Virus record (IMG/VR): IMGVR_UViG_3300046167_000031
Location: 1-56,636 of that record
Source of the DNA: a virus
Lineage: Duplodnaviria; Caudoviricetes
Reading direction: 5' to 3' (one strand)
Length of the DNA: 56,636 bases
Made by a program: the position numbers and the translations under genes. How positions within the stretch are numbered: the stretch's first letter is position 1; each line of letters opens with the position of its first letter. The notes below the pieces were generated by a model that worked only from the letters and a program-made list of their open reading frames with translations, was not told the DNA's origin and did not search any database. Positions 37,886 to 48,545 of this stretch are shown here, piece after piece.

Positions 37886-38599
37886 TTAAAATCCTGCGTT
37901 AATGCCATACCCTTGAGAATAAGGTATATAGGTAGACCGCACATAGTCTGCTCTATTTAGAAGCAGCGTCTGCATTTGTTTAATCCCGTCTTCAAAACGG
38001 GCAAAGTTAATACCATACTGTTGTGCTTCACCCCTATACTGATAAGCATACGCAGTAGCACCGTCAACTATAACCTGTCTAAACTGTTCTGGAATAAGTG
38101 GAACATCCGTAGCTGCTGCTAGTGCAGTAGGTTTAATAAAGTATTCGTACTTTAGTTCATATGCTTTATCTGGATACGGAAACAATCCATAATTATTATC
38201 AGGTGTTCTAAATATAAACTTAGGAACACTACCTACATTAGAGGTAGTTTCTTGATTAATATATTTTTGTGTATATTCTTTGTAGTCAATAATGCGTAGA
38301 GTATTGCCAGCAGCACCTAGTGTGCTATCACGACTAATACGAAAAGTATCATAATCAATTGATTGAGTATTTGTAGGAGCAGTATATCTAGTTTGTCCTG
38401 CAACTAAAGTTTCTGTTTGTGTTACATGCGTAAAAGGCCAACCAAATTCTCTTTGATTGACATAGTTAATGGCATCGTTTACTGCGTTCTTGCATTGAAT
38501 TTGAAATCCTCTAGCTGCTGTAAAGTTAGCAGCAGTTAAGACAACTTCATTCATACGAGCAATTACTTCGTTAGTGATGTCTAAATAATCATATGCCAT
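37886..38599 (-). CDS. Head-tail adaptor / tail tubular protein A
   Basis: Position; W.F, FPYPDKAY motifs. Confidence 0.7.
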   Translation of the reverse strand: MAYDYLDITNEVIARMNEVVLTAANFTAARGFQIQCKNAVNDAINYVNQREFGWPFTHVTQTETLVAGQTRYTAPTNTQSIDYDTFRISRDSTLGAAGNTLRIIDYKEYTQKYINQETTSNVGSVPKFIFRTPDNNYGLFPYPDKAYELKYEYFIKPTALAAATDVPLIPEQFRQVIVDGATAYAYQYRGEAQQYGINFARFEDGIKQMQTLLLNRADYVRSTYIPYSQGYGINAGF

Positions 38600-38622
38600 T
38601 ACAAATCCTTAAATGAACAGAG

Positions 38623-38652
38623 ATATAAAGGGGCAAGTTGCCCTGCCCCCTT
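38623..38652 (-). terminator. Intrinsic terminator after the capsid genes
   Basis: GGGGCAG-GGCAAC-TTGCCCC followed by TTTATAT on the - strand. Confidence 0.7.
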
Positions 38653-38662
38653 ACGTTAGTCT

Positions 38663-39142
38663 TTAAGCAACGTCACGTGCTACTTCTTGAGCAGTCAAGT
38701 CACCTTCGTCATTGCAATCCATGATTACAGCCCAGATACGCATCTTACCAGTAGTAACTGCGCCACCTGAAAGTGTAACAAGTTTCAAGTCAATGTTGTC
38801 ATCAGCAACAGCCATCCGTGGAGAATAAGCTGCTGGGTTTTGTGCTACAACACCTGCTGCAGAAGTTCCGTCAAAACCATCGACAAAATCTTCAGCGGCA
38901 ATCATGCCTAAGTCTACTGTAAGAGTAGAACCGTCAGAGGCAGTATCGACTTCAATACCTGCATTCATAACCATCATGCCTTTTTTAACAGCAATTACTG
39001 GAATGACATCGCCAGCGGCAAGTGCGCTACCTTTGTCAGACAATGCTGTTGCAAGGTTAAGAACAGTTTGAACCATGTAAGGGTTGCGACCACGCTGTGA
39101 ATTACCACGTGCGGCTTGGAGAGTGTTATCACCTAGTGCCAT
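38663..39142 (-). CDS. Probable capsid decoration / minor capsid protein
   Basis: Follows the MCP inside the same terminator-bounded unit. Confidence 0.55.
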   Translation of the reverse strand: MALGDNTLQAARGNSQRGRNPYMVQTVLNLATALSDKGSALAAGDVIPVIAVKKGMMVMNAGIEVDTASDGSTLTVDLGMIAAEDFVDGFDGTSAAGVVAQNPAAYSPRMAVADDNIDLKLVTLSGGAVTTGKMRIWAVIMDCNDEGDLTAQEVARDVA

Positions 39143-39155
39143 TTTTCAATCCCCC

Positions 39156-40208
39156 TTATACTAAGCAGTACTTGGCATTGATAAGAGCCTCTGGACGGAG
39201 AATCTTTCTGCCATACAAATGCATACCACGGACGATATCTGCAAAGCTGTCCGGGTCGCGGTAGGTCTCAGTCTTGTTGATTTGGTCAGCAGTAGCAACC
39301 GCTGAAGAATGACCACCAACAATGATACCAAAGTTATTGGCTTGAGTAGTAGACGCTGAAGGTCCAGTACCGCCCTGTGGTAGATTGTTAGAAACATGAA
39401 CTTTAAAGCCATGCAGGTTATTCAAAATCAAACCATTCTGAAGTCCAGAACCACCAAAGTCAGAATCAAACAAACGTGAATCTTCGTCTTTTAGTAGTTC
39501 AACGAACACTGGGTCAACAACCAACCAACGTCCTTGTGTCTCCACGTTTTGCAGGTCAAGTTGACGAGCCATACGTGCAACCACAGTAAGTGGGTTAGCA
39601 GTAGCAGCGGCTGTTGGAACAGCTTCTGAAGCGCGAGGCTTTAGAATGATTGTGTTACCAGCACCACCACCGTTGAAGTCAGATGCATCCAGCTTCATTG
39701 AAGCAAGAAGTTCGTCATTGCCAGCAGTAGCAACAGCTTTAGTACCATTAACAGTAGCGTTTACTGTATCTGCACGACCACTGATTGCAGACTGCTTATA
39801 GCCTGACAGGTAGCCAAGAACATCTTGGTCAAACTGGTCAGCTAGGCGGTATGCTGCACGGTTGCTTGAAAGAGACTCAAAGTTAACGTGCGAATGTGCT
39901 TCCTCAATGTCGTCAACTTTAAAAGCAAAGTAGTTAGCTTTGTCAACGGTGAGGGTGAAATCCTCATCATCAAGGTCTTGAGGGGTAATAGTTGTACCAC
40001 GCTCGTATGCTTTGACAGTAATCTCAGGTTCTTTAATGATTTTAACTGAATCACCAAAGTTTGCGATTTCTCCAAAGTAGTCATTATTCGTAATTGCGTC
40101 ACAAACAGCGGCCTTGCGGAATGCAAGCTGCACCTGTTTGGAGTAAATTACAGGGCTAAAATTGCCATTCGGCAAGTTGTTATAACCCGGCGCTCTTGGA
40201 AAAGCCAT
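39156..40208 (-). CDS. Major capsid protein
   Basis: NFSPVIYSK, YFGEI, GDSVKI, FADIVRGMHLYGRKILRPE. Confidence 0.9.
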   Translation of the reverse strand: MAFPRAPGYNNLPNGNFSPVIYSKQVQLAFRKAAVCDAITNNDYFGEIANFGDSVKIIKEPEITVKAYERGTTITPQDLDDEDFTLTVDKANYFAFKVDDIEEAHSHVNFESLSSNRAAYRLADQFDQDVLGYLSGYKQSAISGRADTVNATVNGTKAVATAGNDELLASMKLDASDFNGGGAGNTIILKPRASEAVPTAAATANPLTVVARMARQLDLQNVETQGRWLVVDPVFVELLKDEDSRLFDSDFGGSGLQNGLILNNLHGFKVHVSNNLPQGGTGPSASTTQANNFGIIVGGHSSAVATADQINKTETYRDPDSFADIVRGMHLYGRKILRPEALINAKYCLV

Positions 40209-40415
40209 AATCCATCTCCTATTGTTTTGGATTGTTACAGATGCAAACAGTACAATTCTTGGCAGAGGCTGTCTAACGTAGGGTGTACCTTATATAAAAG
40301 TTGCAACTAATATACTTAGTAGGCCATGTTAATCAGGTAATCTTAAAGATTTTTGTAGTTTGCGGATTGGTATAGTAAGCAAGTAGCTAACCTGCTTACC
40401 TTACACATGACTATA

Positions 40416-40443
40416 GTTATACTTAAAAATAACTGTTTGTCAA
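40416..40443 (-). promoter_or_regulatory. Promoter for the capsid gene
   Basis: TTGACA-16-TATAAC, giving a ~200-nt leader. Confidence 0.65.
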
Positions 40444-40450
40444 CTCTTTT

Positions 40451-41314
40451 TTATCTAGCAGAACCAGATAAATCATAGATGAACTTACCGCTACGAATAG
40501 CTTCCATAATTTCATCTGCATGTTTTTCATATTCGTGGGCAGACATCTTTTCTACCTGAGACTCACGTAAGTATGTAGAGGATTCATCTTCCTGTGGTTT
40601 ATTACGTGTGTTTTTAGCTGTGACAGACTTAGCTGCATCTTTACTAGACTTAGACTTTTTAGCTTCAGCAATGCCCATGTCAGCTTTGTACAAATCAATT
40701 GCACGTGCAGCAGACCTAGCGTCATTGTCATTGTCATACAATGCATCTTGTACCCACTTAGGCTGTTCTTCTGCCCAATTGTGGAAATCGTCACTATCTC
40801 TAATCTCATCAAAGTCAGGATGCATTTGCATCAATGCTGCTTCAGCTTTCTCTTTAGTAGCAGAAGTTTGCATCTCATCAATTACCTTCATGCGTTCTTC
40901 TAGTGCAGTAGATTGCTCTGCTGCCTTCTTCATGGCAATTGTTTCTACGATAGCTGCTACATCAGGGTAGTCTGCTGCCCACTGCTCAATGTCTTCGTCA
41001 GACTTAGGCAGTTTCATTTCTTTCTTAGTAGCTTTTTCTAGCTGGCTTTTCATTGCAGCTAGTTCAGCCTTAAACTCTTCCGCTTGCTTTTGCTGGTGTC
41101 GGCGTAGGTCAGAGTAACGCTTTTTAAATGTCTTTTCTTCTGCGCTAGTAGGTTCAGCTTCTTCTGCCTCTACCTCTTCACCTGCATGTTCTTTCTTGAG
41201 TTGTTCTAGTTCTTCTTCGTCACGTTTAGTGCGTTCTTCTTGAGTGTATGGTTTATTTACAAATGCCACTTTAGGCGTAGTCTTCATGTCTTCTGCTAAT
41301 AGTGTCTCGTTCAT
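40451..41314 (-). CDS. Capsid scaffolding protein
   Basis: Acidic coiled coil, FKKRYSDLRRH, HPDF; directly upstream of MCP; start revised to MNETLL. Confidence 0.75.
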   Translation of the reverse strand: MNETLLAEDMKTTPKVAFVNKPYTQEERTKRDEEELEQLKKEHAGEEVEAEEAEPTSAEEKTFKKRYSDLRRHQQKQAEEFKAELAAMKSQLEKATKKEMKLPKSDEDIEQWAADYPDVAAIVETIAMKKAAEQSTALEERMKVIDEMQTSATKEKAEAALMQMHPDFDEIRDSDDFHNWAEEQPKWVQDALYDNDNDARSAARAIDLYKADMGIAEAKKSKSSKDAAKSVTAKNTRNKPQEDESSTYLRESQVEKMSAHEYEKHADEIMEAIRSGKFIYDLSGSAR

Positions 41315-41398
41315 TGTATTTCCTTTTGTTGGGGCCACCGTAGCCACACTGTCGGGTGTGGGGAGTGAGTAGCCAACTGATTGTAAGATTTAAGCCTC

Positions 41399-43261
41399 TT
41401 ACGCAGCTTTCTTCAATGCATTTTTATATTGTCCATGCACTGTGTAAACTTCACCTTCTGTATACACATCATAGCGGTCTTCTACTGTACCAATATAAAC
41501 TGTTGGTGTTACTTGCTCTACATACTCAAGTGATGTCACTTCTACGTTATTAATGTAATCACCAAGCACTAAGTCCTCTGTACGCTTCCAAGAACCGTTG
41601 GCAAGTACCGGGTGGTCATTAGTAATCTTCAACTCGCCGTTGACTTTGTAGTAGCCTTCACGCATATGTTTATGTAATACTTCTGTAACTACTGTGTTAT
41701 CTATGATGTCACCTACTTGTACCTTAGTCACAAAGTCTATAACACCATTGCGTTTTACTTTCATGTCTTCAGTTAGACAGATAACACCCATGTCACCTGC
41801 GCCACCTGCGCCACCACTATCTGAGCCATAGCCCCCACCCGGTGAATCGTTATTACTTTCGGCACCGGGACTGCCAGCAGTTTCTTGTCCAGAAACAGAA
41901 CTACCACCCGGAGAACCTACACCAATATCACCTGACGGAGTTCCAGCATTTCCACCAGTGTAATCAGAACGTCCTTTTCCTGTACCACCCGGTGGTGTAC
42001 CGTAAGAACCTGCTTCTGCGGCTGGACCCCCACTACCCGGTGGACCTTCACCTTGTGGGTCATATCCTAATTCTTTAGCTTTTGCAGCGTATCCTTTTTT
42101 TCCTTTTTCAGATAAGTTAGCAACTTCATCTTTAGATAAAGGACCACCATAATATCCACTGCTTACTGATGCTTTCATTGCATCCATCCAACCACCCATA
42201 GTTTCAAATCCGGGGTCTACCCCCCTTGAACTACCATTAAAGTTTACTACTCTTCCTTTAGAATTTACAGGTGTTCCAGTAATAGGACTAATATCACCCT
42301 TTTTATATCCTACAATTCCAGTAATAGGTGTACCAATAGCCCTTTGAACTTGCGCACGTGCCTGTGCTTGATTTTGATTCATAGAAATACCAAGTTCATT
42401 TTGTTGTGCTTTACTCATTTTACCTGTTGCGTAAGCTTCTAAATTTGCTGTAGAATATGCGCCATGTCCCGTTGGTGCTGCTTGACCAAATGCTTCTGTA
42501 CTAGGTCCAATACCTGATGCAGAGGCAAGTGCGCCTAAAGGATTTCCCATAAGCATACTACCAACTATACCTAGATTAACAGGCCCAGTTCCATATACAC
42601 CCAATGCGTCTTGCACACCTGAAATATTATTTGAAAAATCTGTAATAGTACCCAAATTAGTTAAACCTGATAATGTAGTGCCACCATAAGGTTGGGCTTG
42701 TGCAGGTTTGCCACTAAAATAACCTGTTACACCACTTAAAGCTGATTGTACACCCGCAAGTCCTGTCGTGCCACCTGCTGGTCCTTGAACAGAACCACTA
42801 ACACCTGTACCGCCGCCACCATCGCCGCCGCCGTCATCTTGTTGTTGTTGTCCTACATTAGCAACGGGTCCAGTAGTCGCTTCTATTACTTGTGTAGTAT
42901 CTTCAGCCTCAAACCTATAACCTTCTGGAATAGGATAAATAGGTTGTCCATTTTTAAATGGTATTTGTCTTACTTGTCCTGCATCATTTACATATCGTCT
43001 TAACTCATCATACTCACCCGGTTTAGTTCCTACTGTTTGTAAAAATGTAGGTAAGTTAGTTGTCTGTGTTGCTGTTGTATATTGTGTATTTTGAAGTTGT
43101 GGTTTAGTAAAACCGGGAATAGTAGGTGCTACATAGGGGGTAAATCCTGTAGTGGAAACATTTGCTGGCGTATTAATAACGCCAGTACCCGACATAGGTG
43201 TTGTCCCACCTAGTTGAAAAGAAAGTTTTGTTTGTTCTTTTACGTTGTTACGTTTTTTCAT
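41399..43261 (-). CDS. Gly-rich protein with C-terminal Hint (intein-like) domain
   Basis: CLTEDMKV, VGD, ITNDHPVL, LVLGD, VY..VHG. Confidence 0.8.
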   Translation of the reverse strand: MKKRNNVKEQTKLSFQLGGTTPMSGTGVINTPANVSTTGFTPYVAPTIPGFTKPQLQNTQYTTATQTTNLPTFLQTVGTKPGEYDELRRYVNDAGQVRQIPFKNGQPIYPIPEGYRFEAEDTTQVIEATTGPVANVGQQQQDDGGGDGGGGTGVSGSVQGPAGGTTGLAGVQSALSGVTGYFSGKPAQAQPYGGTTLSGLTNLGTITDFSNNISGVQDALGVYGTGPVNLGIVGSMLMGNPLGALASASGIGPSTEAFGQAAPTGHGAYSTANLEAYATGKMSKAQQNELGISMNQNQAQARAQVQRAIGTPITGIVGYKKGDISPITGTPVNSKGRVVNFNGSSRGVDPGFETMGGWMDAMKASVSSGYYGGPLSKDEVANLSEKGKKGYAAKAKELGYDPQGEGPPGSGGPAAEAGSYGTPPGGTGKGRSDYTGGNAGTPSGDIGVGSPGGSSVSGQETAGSPGAESNNDSPGGGYGSDSGGAGGAGDMGVICLTEDMKVKRNGVIDFVTKVQVGDIIDNTVVTEVLHKHMREGYYKVNGELKITNDHPVLANGSWKRTEDLVLGDYINNVEVTSLEYVEQVTPTVYIGTVEDRYDVYTEGEVYTVHGQYKNALKKAA

Positions 43262-44049
43262 GTTCTTTCAATCTCTACTTTATTCATCATATTTTCTGGA
43301 ATAGTAGATATATCACCTATGTGCGCACGTTGTCCGTTGTATGTTACATAGCCAGATTGAACTCTAGGGTCTTTCATTCCTTGCGATTGCTGTGGCATAG
43401 GCATACCACCCTGCGCCATTCCTACTGCATCATCTTCCATCTCAAGGTCATCAATACCAAAAGGTAAGTTATCTGGCATAATAGCTTCTTCACTATTACC
43501 CATTTGACCCATATCTTCCATACGCTGTAAGCCCATCTTAGCTTCTTGACGCATCTCCATAAGTTTTTCTAGTCCAAAGTAACGCACTACATCTGCAGGA
43601 AAAACAAATTCACCCTCACTTAGTTGGGCAGGAATGTCATCACGAACTTCTTCTTGAGTAGAACCCGGTGGTACGTCATTACCAGATATAGGGTCAACAG
43701 TGCCACCCTCATCCATAAGACCGCCGTCATTGAACATTTCCATTTGTTTTGCGAGTGCCATACCACCATCCTTTAATAAATTATTACTACGTGTTTCAGC
43801 AGCTTTAACAGCTTCTTCTAAGCTATCATGTCTGCTAGTAGGTTTTATAACACCTTCTAACAACATCTTTTTTATTTCATCTTCTGTATACTGTTTACCC
43901 TCATGTATAGAAGGTGCATTTACGTAAGCCCCATCACCAAACTTAATAGTAACAGATTTTTCAGAAACACTTTCACCTTCAGGTGTTTTATAAACATCTT
44001 TTCCAGCAGAAGTTTTTTGTTCTGTTTTAGTTCCTACTGTTTCAGCCAT
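43258..44049 (-). CDS. Virion-module protein with DDIPAQLSEGEFV motif
   Basis: Four xxGG motifs plus LSEGEFVFPADVV. Confidence 0.7.
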   Translation of the reverse strand: MAETVGTKTEQKTSAGKDVYKTPEGESVSEKSVTIKFGDGAYVNAPSIHEGKQYTEDEIKKMLLEGVIKPTSRHDSLEEAVKAAETRSNNLLKDGGMALAKQMEMFNDGGLMDEGGTVDPISGNDVPPGSTQEEVRDDIPAQLSEGEFVFPADVVRYFGLEKLMEMRQEAKMGLQRMEDMGQMGNSEEAIMPDNLPFGIDDLEMEDDAVGMAQGGMPMPQQSQGMKDPRVQSGYVTYNGQRAHIGDISTIPENMMNKVEIERT

Positions 44050-44263
44050 CTGCGTTAGCTACGTCCTCACGTAATCGTTTAATCTTTCGTAGTACATCTA
44101 TAGCACCCTGTGCTTTATGTACCATTACCATATTCTCAGATTGTTCTAGCACCTTATGGTGCTGGTCTATTATGCTATCCAAATACTTACTGAAGTGGTC
44201 CCATTGGCGGTTGTTGCCCACCAGCGGCTTCAGCTTGTTGAGGAGTTCCTTGTTGTTGTCCAT
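44042..44263 (-). CDS. Small protein downstream of the portal
   Basis: HKAQG motif; start MDNNKELL. Confidence 0.65.
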   Translation of the reverse strand: MDNNKELLNKLKPLVGNNRQWDHFSKYLDSIIDQHHKVLEQSENMVMVHKAQGAIDVLRKIKRLREDVANADG

Positions 44264-46328
44264 TACCGCTAAATCCCTGTTCACCCGGTACAGGAGCCTG
44301 TCCCATACCTATATTGCCACCACCTGCACCTGTTGGGTCCATTGGGTTAACACCCGCTGGTGCTGCGCCTTCTGGTCCTGCTGCTGGTGCTTGAAACTGT
44401 TTCATAATTTCAGCTTGCAATGCGGCCTCATCCATATTGTTGGTTACTTTGTCGGGGTCTAGTCCCATTGAGTTAGCTATCTCACGAATGATGTATTGGA
44501 ACTTCGCAAACGGTGCTAACGCTGGGACTACTTGCTACTTGCAAGAACTGCATCAATCTTTGACTACGTACCTCTGTAGCCATTAGGCTTTCTGTTCCAC
44601 GTGCCTTAACTTCTAAGTCACCCTTAATCTCTGGGTCAAAGTCAAACTGCATATTAAAACGAAACAGTCCTTCGCCTAATGGACGCAGAAGATAGTCATC
44701 TACATTCTTAATAACTGTTTTAGTGCTGCCTTGTGCCGCACCCATAAGCATAGAGATACCAGAAGCTGTACGGCCCTACACCTGATACACCTGTCTGTCC
44801 ATGTGCAAATGATGGGAAGCCTGTGCTTTCATCTGCCAGTACACGTGCCTTATCAAACAGCATCATATTCTCTTGTGACACGTTAGGAAACTTAGTACCA
44901 AAGATTGCCTGACCCGGTGCGCCACCCTGCCTACGGAATATCTTGCCCGGATAGAGTGACAGGTCTTGACCCGGTACTAGATTGGTTTCATCTACTTCTA
45001 CAATCAAGTTACCTGACAGTACAGCATTGTCTACAGCCATACGCATAAAGCCATTCATCAATGTCTGCGTATCGTCCATGTTTTCAGCGATACCCACACC
45101 AAAGAATGAGTATGGGTTTAGTTCATATGGTGCAGCATGATATGGTATCTTAGCTGGCTTAAATGGATTAAGAACCATACGCAATAGCATACCGTTACAA
45201 ATCCATACATTAGCTTGTAGTTCATCAAACTCTTTTAGTTCTTTTGGGATGTCGATTTCTTGCTCTTCAAGCATTTCGATATCAACCATACCCCAATACT
45301 CAAGAACTTCAAAACGGTCAATGCTTGTCTCAGGTGCATAATCAGAAAGGTCATCTTCCCAATACTTCTTATCATAGTTTTCACCCTGTGCAATTGCGGC
45401 ATCAATTACCTGCGCACGGAAGTATGGACGCTTCTTGAGATTACGTAGCTGTGTACGCGACATCTTGTGACGCTCAATTACGTACTGCGCCTCATCCATG
45501 TTGTTCGCATCTGGGTCAGGATAAAAATTCCAAACTGATACATGAGATACTTGTGGTACTGTTTTAAATAGTGGGTCATAGTTGCCATCCTCATCCCAAT
45601 TAGGATACTCTTTGTCAATAGCAAATGGACCTTTCATTACACCTGTACCAAACAGTGCCATTTCAAATGCAGCATTACGTAAGTGTTTACTTGCACCTGA
45701 CTCATCTAATTGGTCGTGTATTTTCTTTTGCATCTTTTTAGCTGCAATCATTGCAGGGCTAAATGCAATAGCTGTAGGTGTTTTGCCCGGACCTTCTCTT
45801 AGTTTATCTTGTACAGGCTCTAGTTTATTTTGCATAACGCCTAACTTTTCAGATAGACTTACTGCAGTTGAACCCGGCTCTAAATCATTTCCATCACCAG
45901 CAAATCCATATGGACTTACATTTGGGTCTACCTGCATTTGCTCTGGTTCTTTTGGGTCAAAGTGTACATCTTCTACTACACCTTCAGGTAATCCTGTAGG
46001 GTCAATGGATAGAGGAAACTTATTATTAGCAAACAGACACATCAGTAATCTGACCGTAAGCTGCTAGTGTCTTAGTCTTAGTTACTTTAATAAATACGCG
46101 AGATTTCTCAGCTTCAGTAAACTGCACATCATTACTATACAGTCCACGATAATTACGATAAGCACGTAGCCATCTATTCTCATCCTGTTCACGATAATCT
46201 TCAGAACGTAGGTAGCGACTTTGAATAAACGGAATAATAGAAGATACATCTGCGTCTTCTACTACAGTATCATCCGTATCTTCCAATGCAATTGCATCGT
46301 CCTCAATCATCATATCATCTTCGTTCAT
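44187..46328 (-). CDS. Portal protein (frameshifted in this sequence)
   Basis: Four ORF pieces rejoin after removing single bases near 46036, 44774 and 44526; GTGVMKGPF, FYPDP motifs. Confidence 0.85.
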
Positions 46329-46337
46329 AATATATCC

Positions 46338-47897
46338 TTAATATCCAAAGGTTGCGTCTGCAACTGGCATACTATTTCTGGGTCCACCACGAGCATCGTA
46401 GTCAAATATACTAAATCGCGGTCTGCTCATTATACCATACCTTAACGCATCATACAAGTGGTCTTCAGCATTTGTATCCACGTCTTCCGGGTTTTTCTTG
46501 TCCAGCGGTATGGCGGGTAATTGGGACACGACATTTGTGCAAGAATTAAAGAAAACAAGTCTTGGCTCCTCTGTAAATTCGTCTACCTGTAAACGCCTAT
46601 GTATTTCGTTCTTACCTGATATGCGGCTACCACGGCTACGGTCTGACGGTCTCCACCGACAGCCCTTCATAATCATTTGCTCCGCAAGAGAAGGGCCAGT
46701 GTCACCACGCTTGTGCCAAAGAGAACTGTCCAAAACACCATACTTAATATTTCCATCACCAGCCTCTGCATCCAGTATCATATCTGCCAAATCTGTGGCA
46801 AGGACTTTAGATACGTAGAGTTCTCTATATACCACAAGTTGTTCATTAGGTGCAACAGCAAACCAGACAACGCCAGACTTGCTGCCGTAACCGTAATCGC
46901 AAGCCCTAAACTTAACCCAATTACTAGGTATATCAAAAGGCTCAACAACATGAATGTTGCGGTCAAACTCAGTAAAAGCCGCGCCTTCTTTGATGTCCCA
47001 ATCCCCGTCCAAAAGCTGTCTTCGTTGTTGCTCTGGCATAGAGAGAAGCATGGCTTCGTAATCACCTGATTCCGCAAGGTATGGATTATCAGAAAGTCTT
47101 GCGGGTATAAATCTTCTTTTGTATAAAGGTCTTCCAGCCTTTGCGTGTCCTGCTGGGTATCTAAGAACTTCTCCTGTTTCAATATCGGTTGCATCGTAGG
47201 CTCTGTTGTAAGGGGCGGGGTCAATGAACATTTTCTTAACCCAATGATGACCTCTACCGCCGGGGTTGGTCGTAGCCCTCATATAAATTGGCAAATCTGG
47301 TGCAGTGGACCTAAGACGAGACCGCATATAATTCCATGCGTATGGTGTGGCCCATTGTGTTAACTCATCAAATCCTATCCAGCTAAACGCTAGACCCTGA
47401 TAACGCAAGACATCATCATCTCTGTCGAGATAAGACATCCACAACCTTGCCCCAGATGGCGCAGTCCACTGCATCTTTCTTTCTGACCACTTAATACCGG
47501 GCCAGATTTTTGGGTATAACTCCTGCGACTTGAATACGAGTTCTCTTAACTCTTCTGTTGTATGTCGCAAAAGCAACCCACTAAATGCGGGATGCCCCAT
47601 GTAGCGTAGTGGGTCAGAGAGCATAGCATAGGACTTACCCCCGCCAGCACTTCCACCATATAACACCTCTCGTTCCGCTGCAGCTAAGAAGTCTGTCTGT
47701 GGGCCGGGATTAGGTTTAAAGAGTACATTAGCTGTCTCTTCTATAGCCTGTGTTTCGTACTCTATCGGTTGTATCTCAACCGTTGGCTCTTGAACCTGTT
47801 CTTTCTTCTTCAAGGGCTTTCGCTTTGGCGATTGCCTTTTCCGCATATTCTGCCCACTTGCGGATGCTTGTAGCTTGGTTCTTACGTCTTCGCTCAT
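46338..47897 (-). CDS. terL: Terminase large subunit
   Basis: GGSAGGGKS, FDE, TNPG, DYG, DHLYDALRY. Confidence 0.95.
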   Translation of the reverse strand: MSEDVRTKLQASASGQNMRKRQSPKRKPLKKKEQVQEPTVEIQPIEYETQAIEETANVLFKPNPGPQTDFLAAAEREVLYGGSAGGGKSYAMLSDPLRYMGHPAFSGLLLRHTTEELRELVFKSQELYPKIWPGIKWSERKMQWTAPSGARLWMSYLDRDDDVLRYQGLAFSWIGFDELTQWATPYAWNYMRSRLRSTAPDLPIYMRATTNPGGRGHHWVKKMFIDPAPYNRAYDATDIETGEVLRYPAGHAKAGRPLYKRRFIPARLSDNPYLAESGDYEAMLLSMPEQQRRQLLDGDWDIKEGAAFTEFDRNIHVVEPFDIPSNWVKFRACDYGYGSKSGVVWFAVAPNEQLVVYRELYVSKVLATDLADMILDAEAGDGNIKYGVLDSSLWHKRGDTGPSLAEQMIMKGCRWRPSDRSRGSRISGKNEIHRRLQVDEFTEEPRLVFFNSCTNVVSQLPAIPLDKKNPEDVDTNAEDHLYDALRYGIMSRPRFSIFDYDARGGPRNSMPVADATFGY

Positions 47898-48178
47898 TAG
47901 CTAACCTTTTCCTTAACCCTACATGGGATATGTAGCGGCCTGTCTGTGTACTGAGCCAGTTTGCTACTTCACGATAACTGTATTGATTTACGTGGCTTCT
48001 TGCCTTTCTCAAGTAAATCTAATTCAATCTGTATAGGTTGCAGAAGGTCGGGGTCTGCTTCATCCTGTTTGTATCCGAATGGTACTGTACGTGCAATACG
48101 TGGTATAGCTACCCACTCGTTCTGTTCTTTAATATCTGTTGGCTGTGGTAGCTTCCACTTGCCTATGCTTCTAGTCAT
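47776..48178 (-). CDS. HTH-like protein upstream of the terminase (frameshifted)
   Basis: VPFGY and SYREVANWLS pieces join after removing one base near 48005. Confidence 0.65.
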
Positions 48179-48545
48179 CGTCTTCCACTACAGCTTTAGG
48201 CGGCATAAGCATGACACCACCAGATGCTTCTACGTGCATCTTCTCAGTCTTAACCAAACCTGTGCGGTCAAGTAATTCTTTTGCTGCAGACATCTTATCA
48301 CGAATACCTAGTTCAGTTGGGTCATGCAACCCACCTACCATCGCCATCGCAGCCTTCGGCGCATTACGTGCCATGTACATTTGAGTAGCCTCAAGTATCT
48401 CTTCTTTAAGACCTTTAACAATTTCTGAAGTACTAGAAGTGTCAGCATATCCTGCCAGTTTCTTTGCTTGCACTAAGTCACCGCCAGCTTCTTCAAAGAG
48501 GACGTTGAGTAGTGTCTGTTGTTTGTCGGTGAGTTGTCGTGTCAT
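48171..48545 (-). CDS. Probable terminase small subunit
   Basis: LTDKQ..AKKLAGY..AAKELLDRTG. Confidence 0.65.
   Translation of the reverse strand: MTRQLTDKQQTLLNVLFEEAGGDLVQAKKLAGYADTSSTSEIVKGLKEEILEATQMYMARNAPKAAMAMVGGLHDPTELGIRDKMSAAKELLDRTGLVKTEKMHVEASGGVMLMPPKAVVEDDD

Noticed and set aside
41399-41779. A canonical splicing intein
   Set aside because: No terminal Asn/Gln, no +1 nucleophile and no real C-extein; treated as a cleavage-type Hint domain.
43255-43265. Frameshift joining the 263-aa and 620-aa ORFs
   Set aside because: Clean ATGA overlap; deleting one base (the error type seen elsewhere) hits a stop. Treated as two genes, though not fully excluded.
44187-46328. Programmed frameshifting, introns or stop-codon recoding in the portal and nozzle genes
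   Set aside because: The breaks are single extra bases without slippery heptamers, inserts or in-frame stops; sequencing error explains them best.
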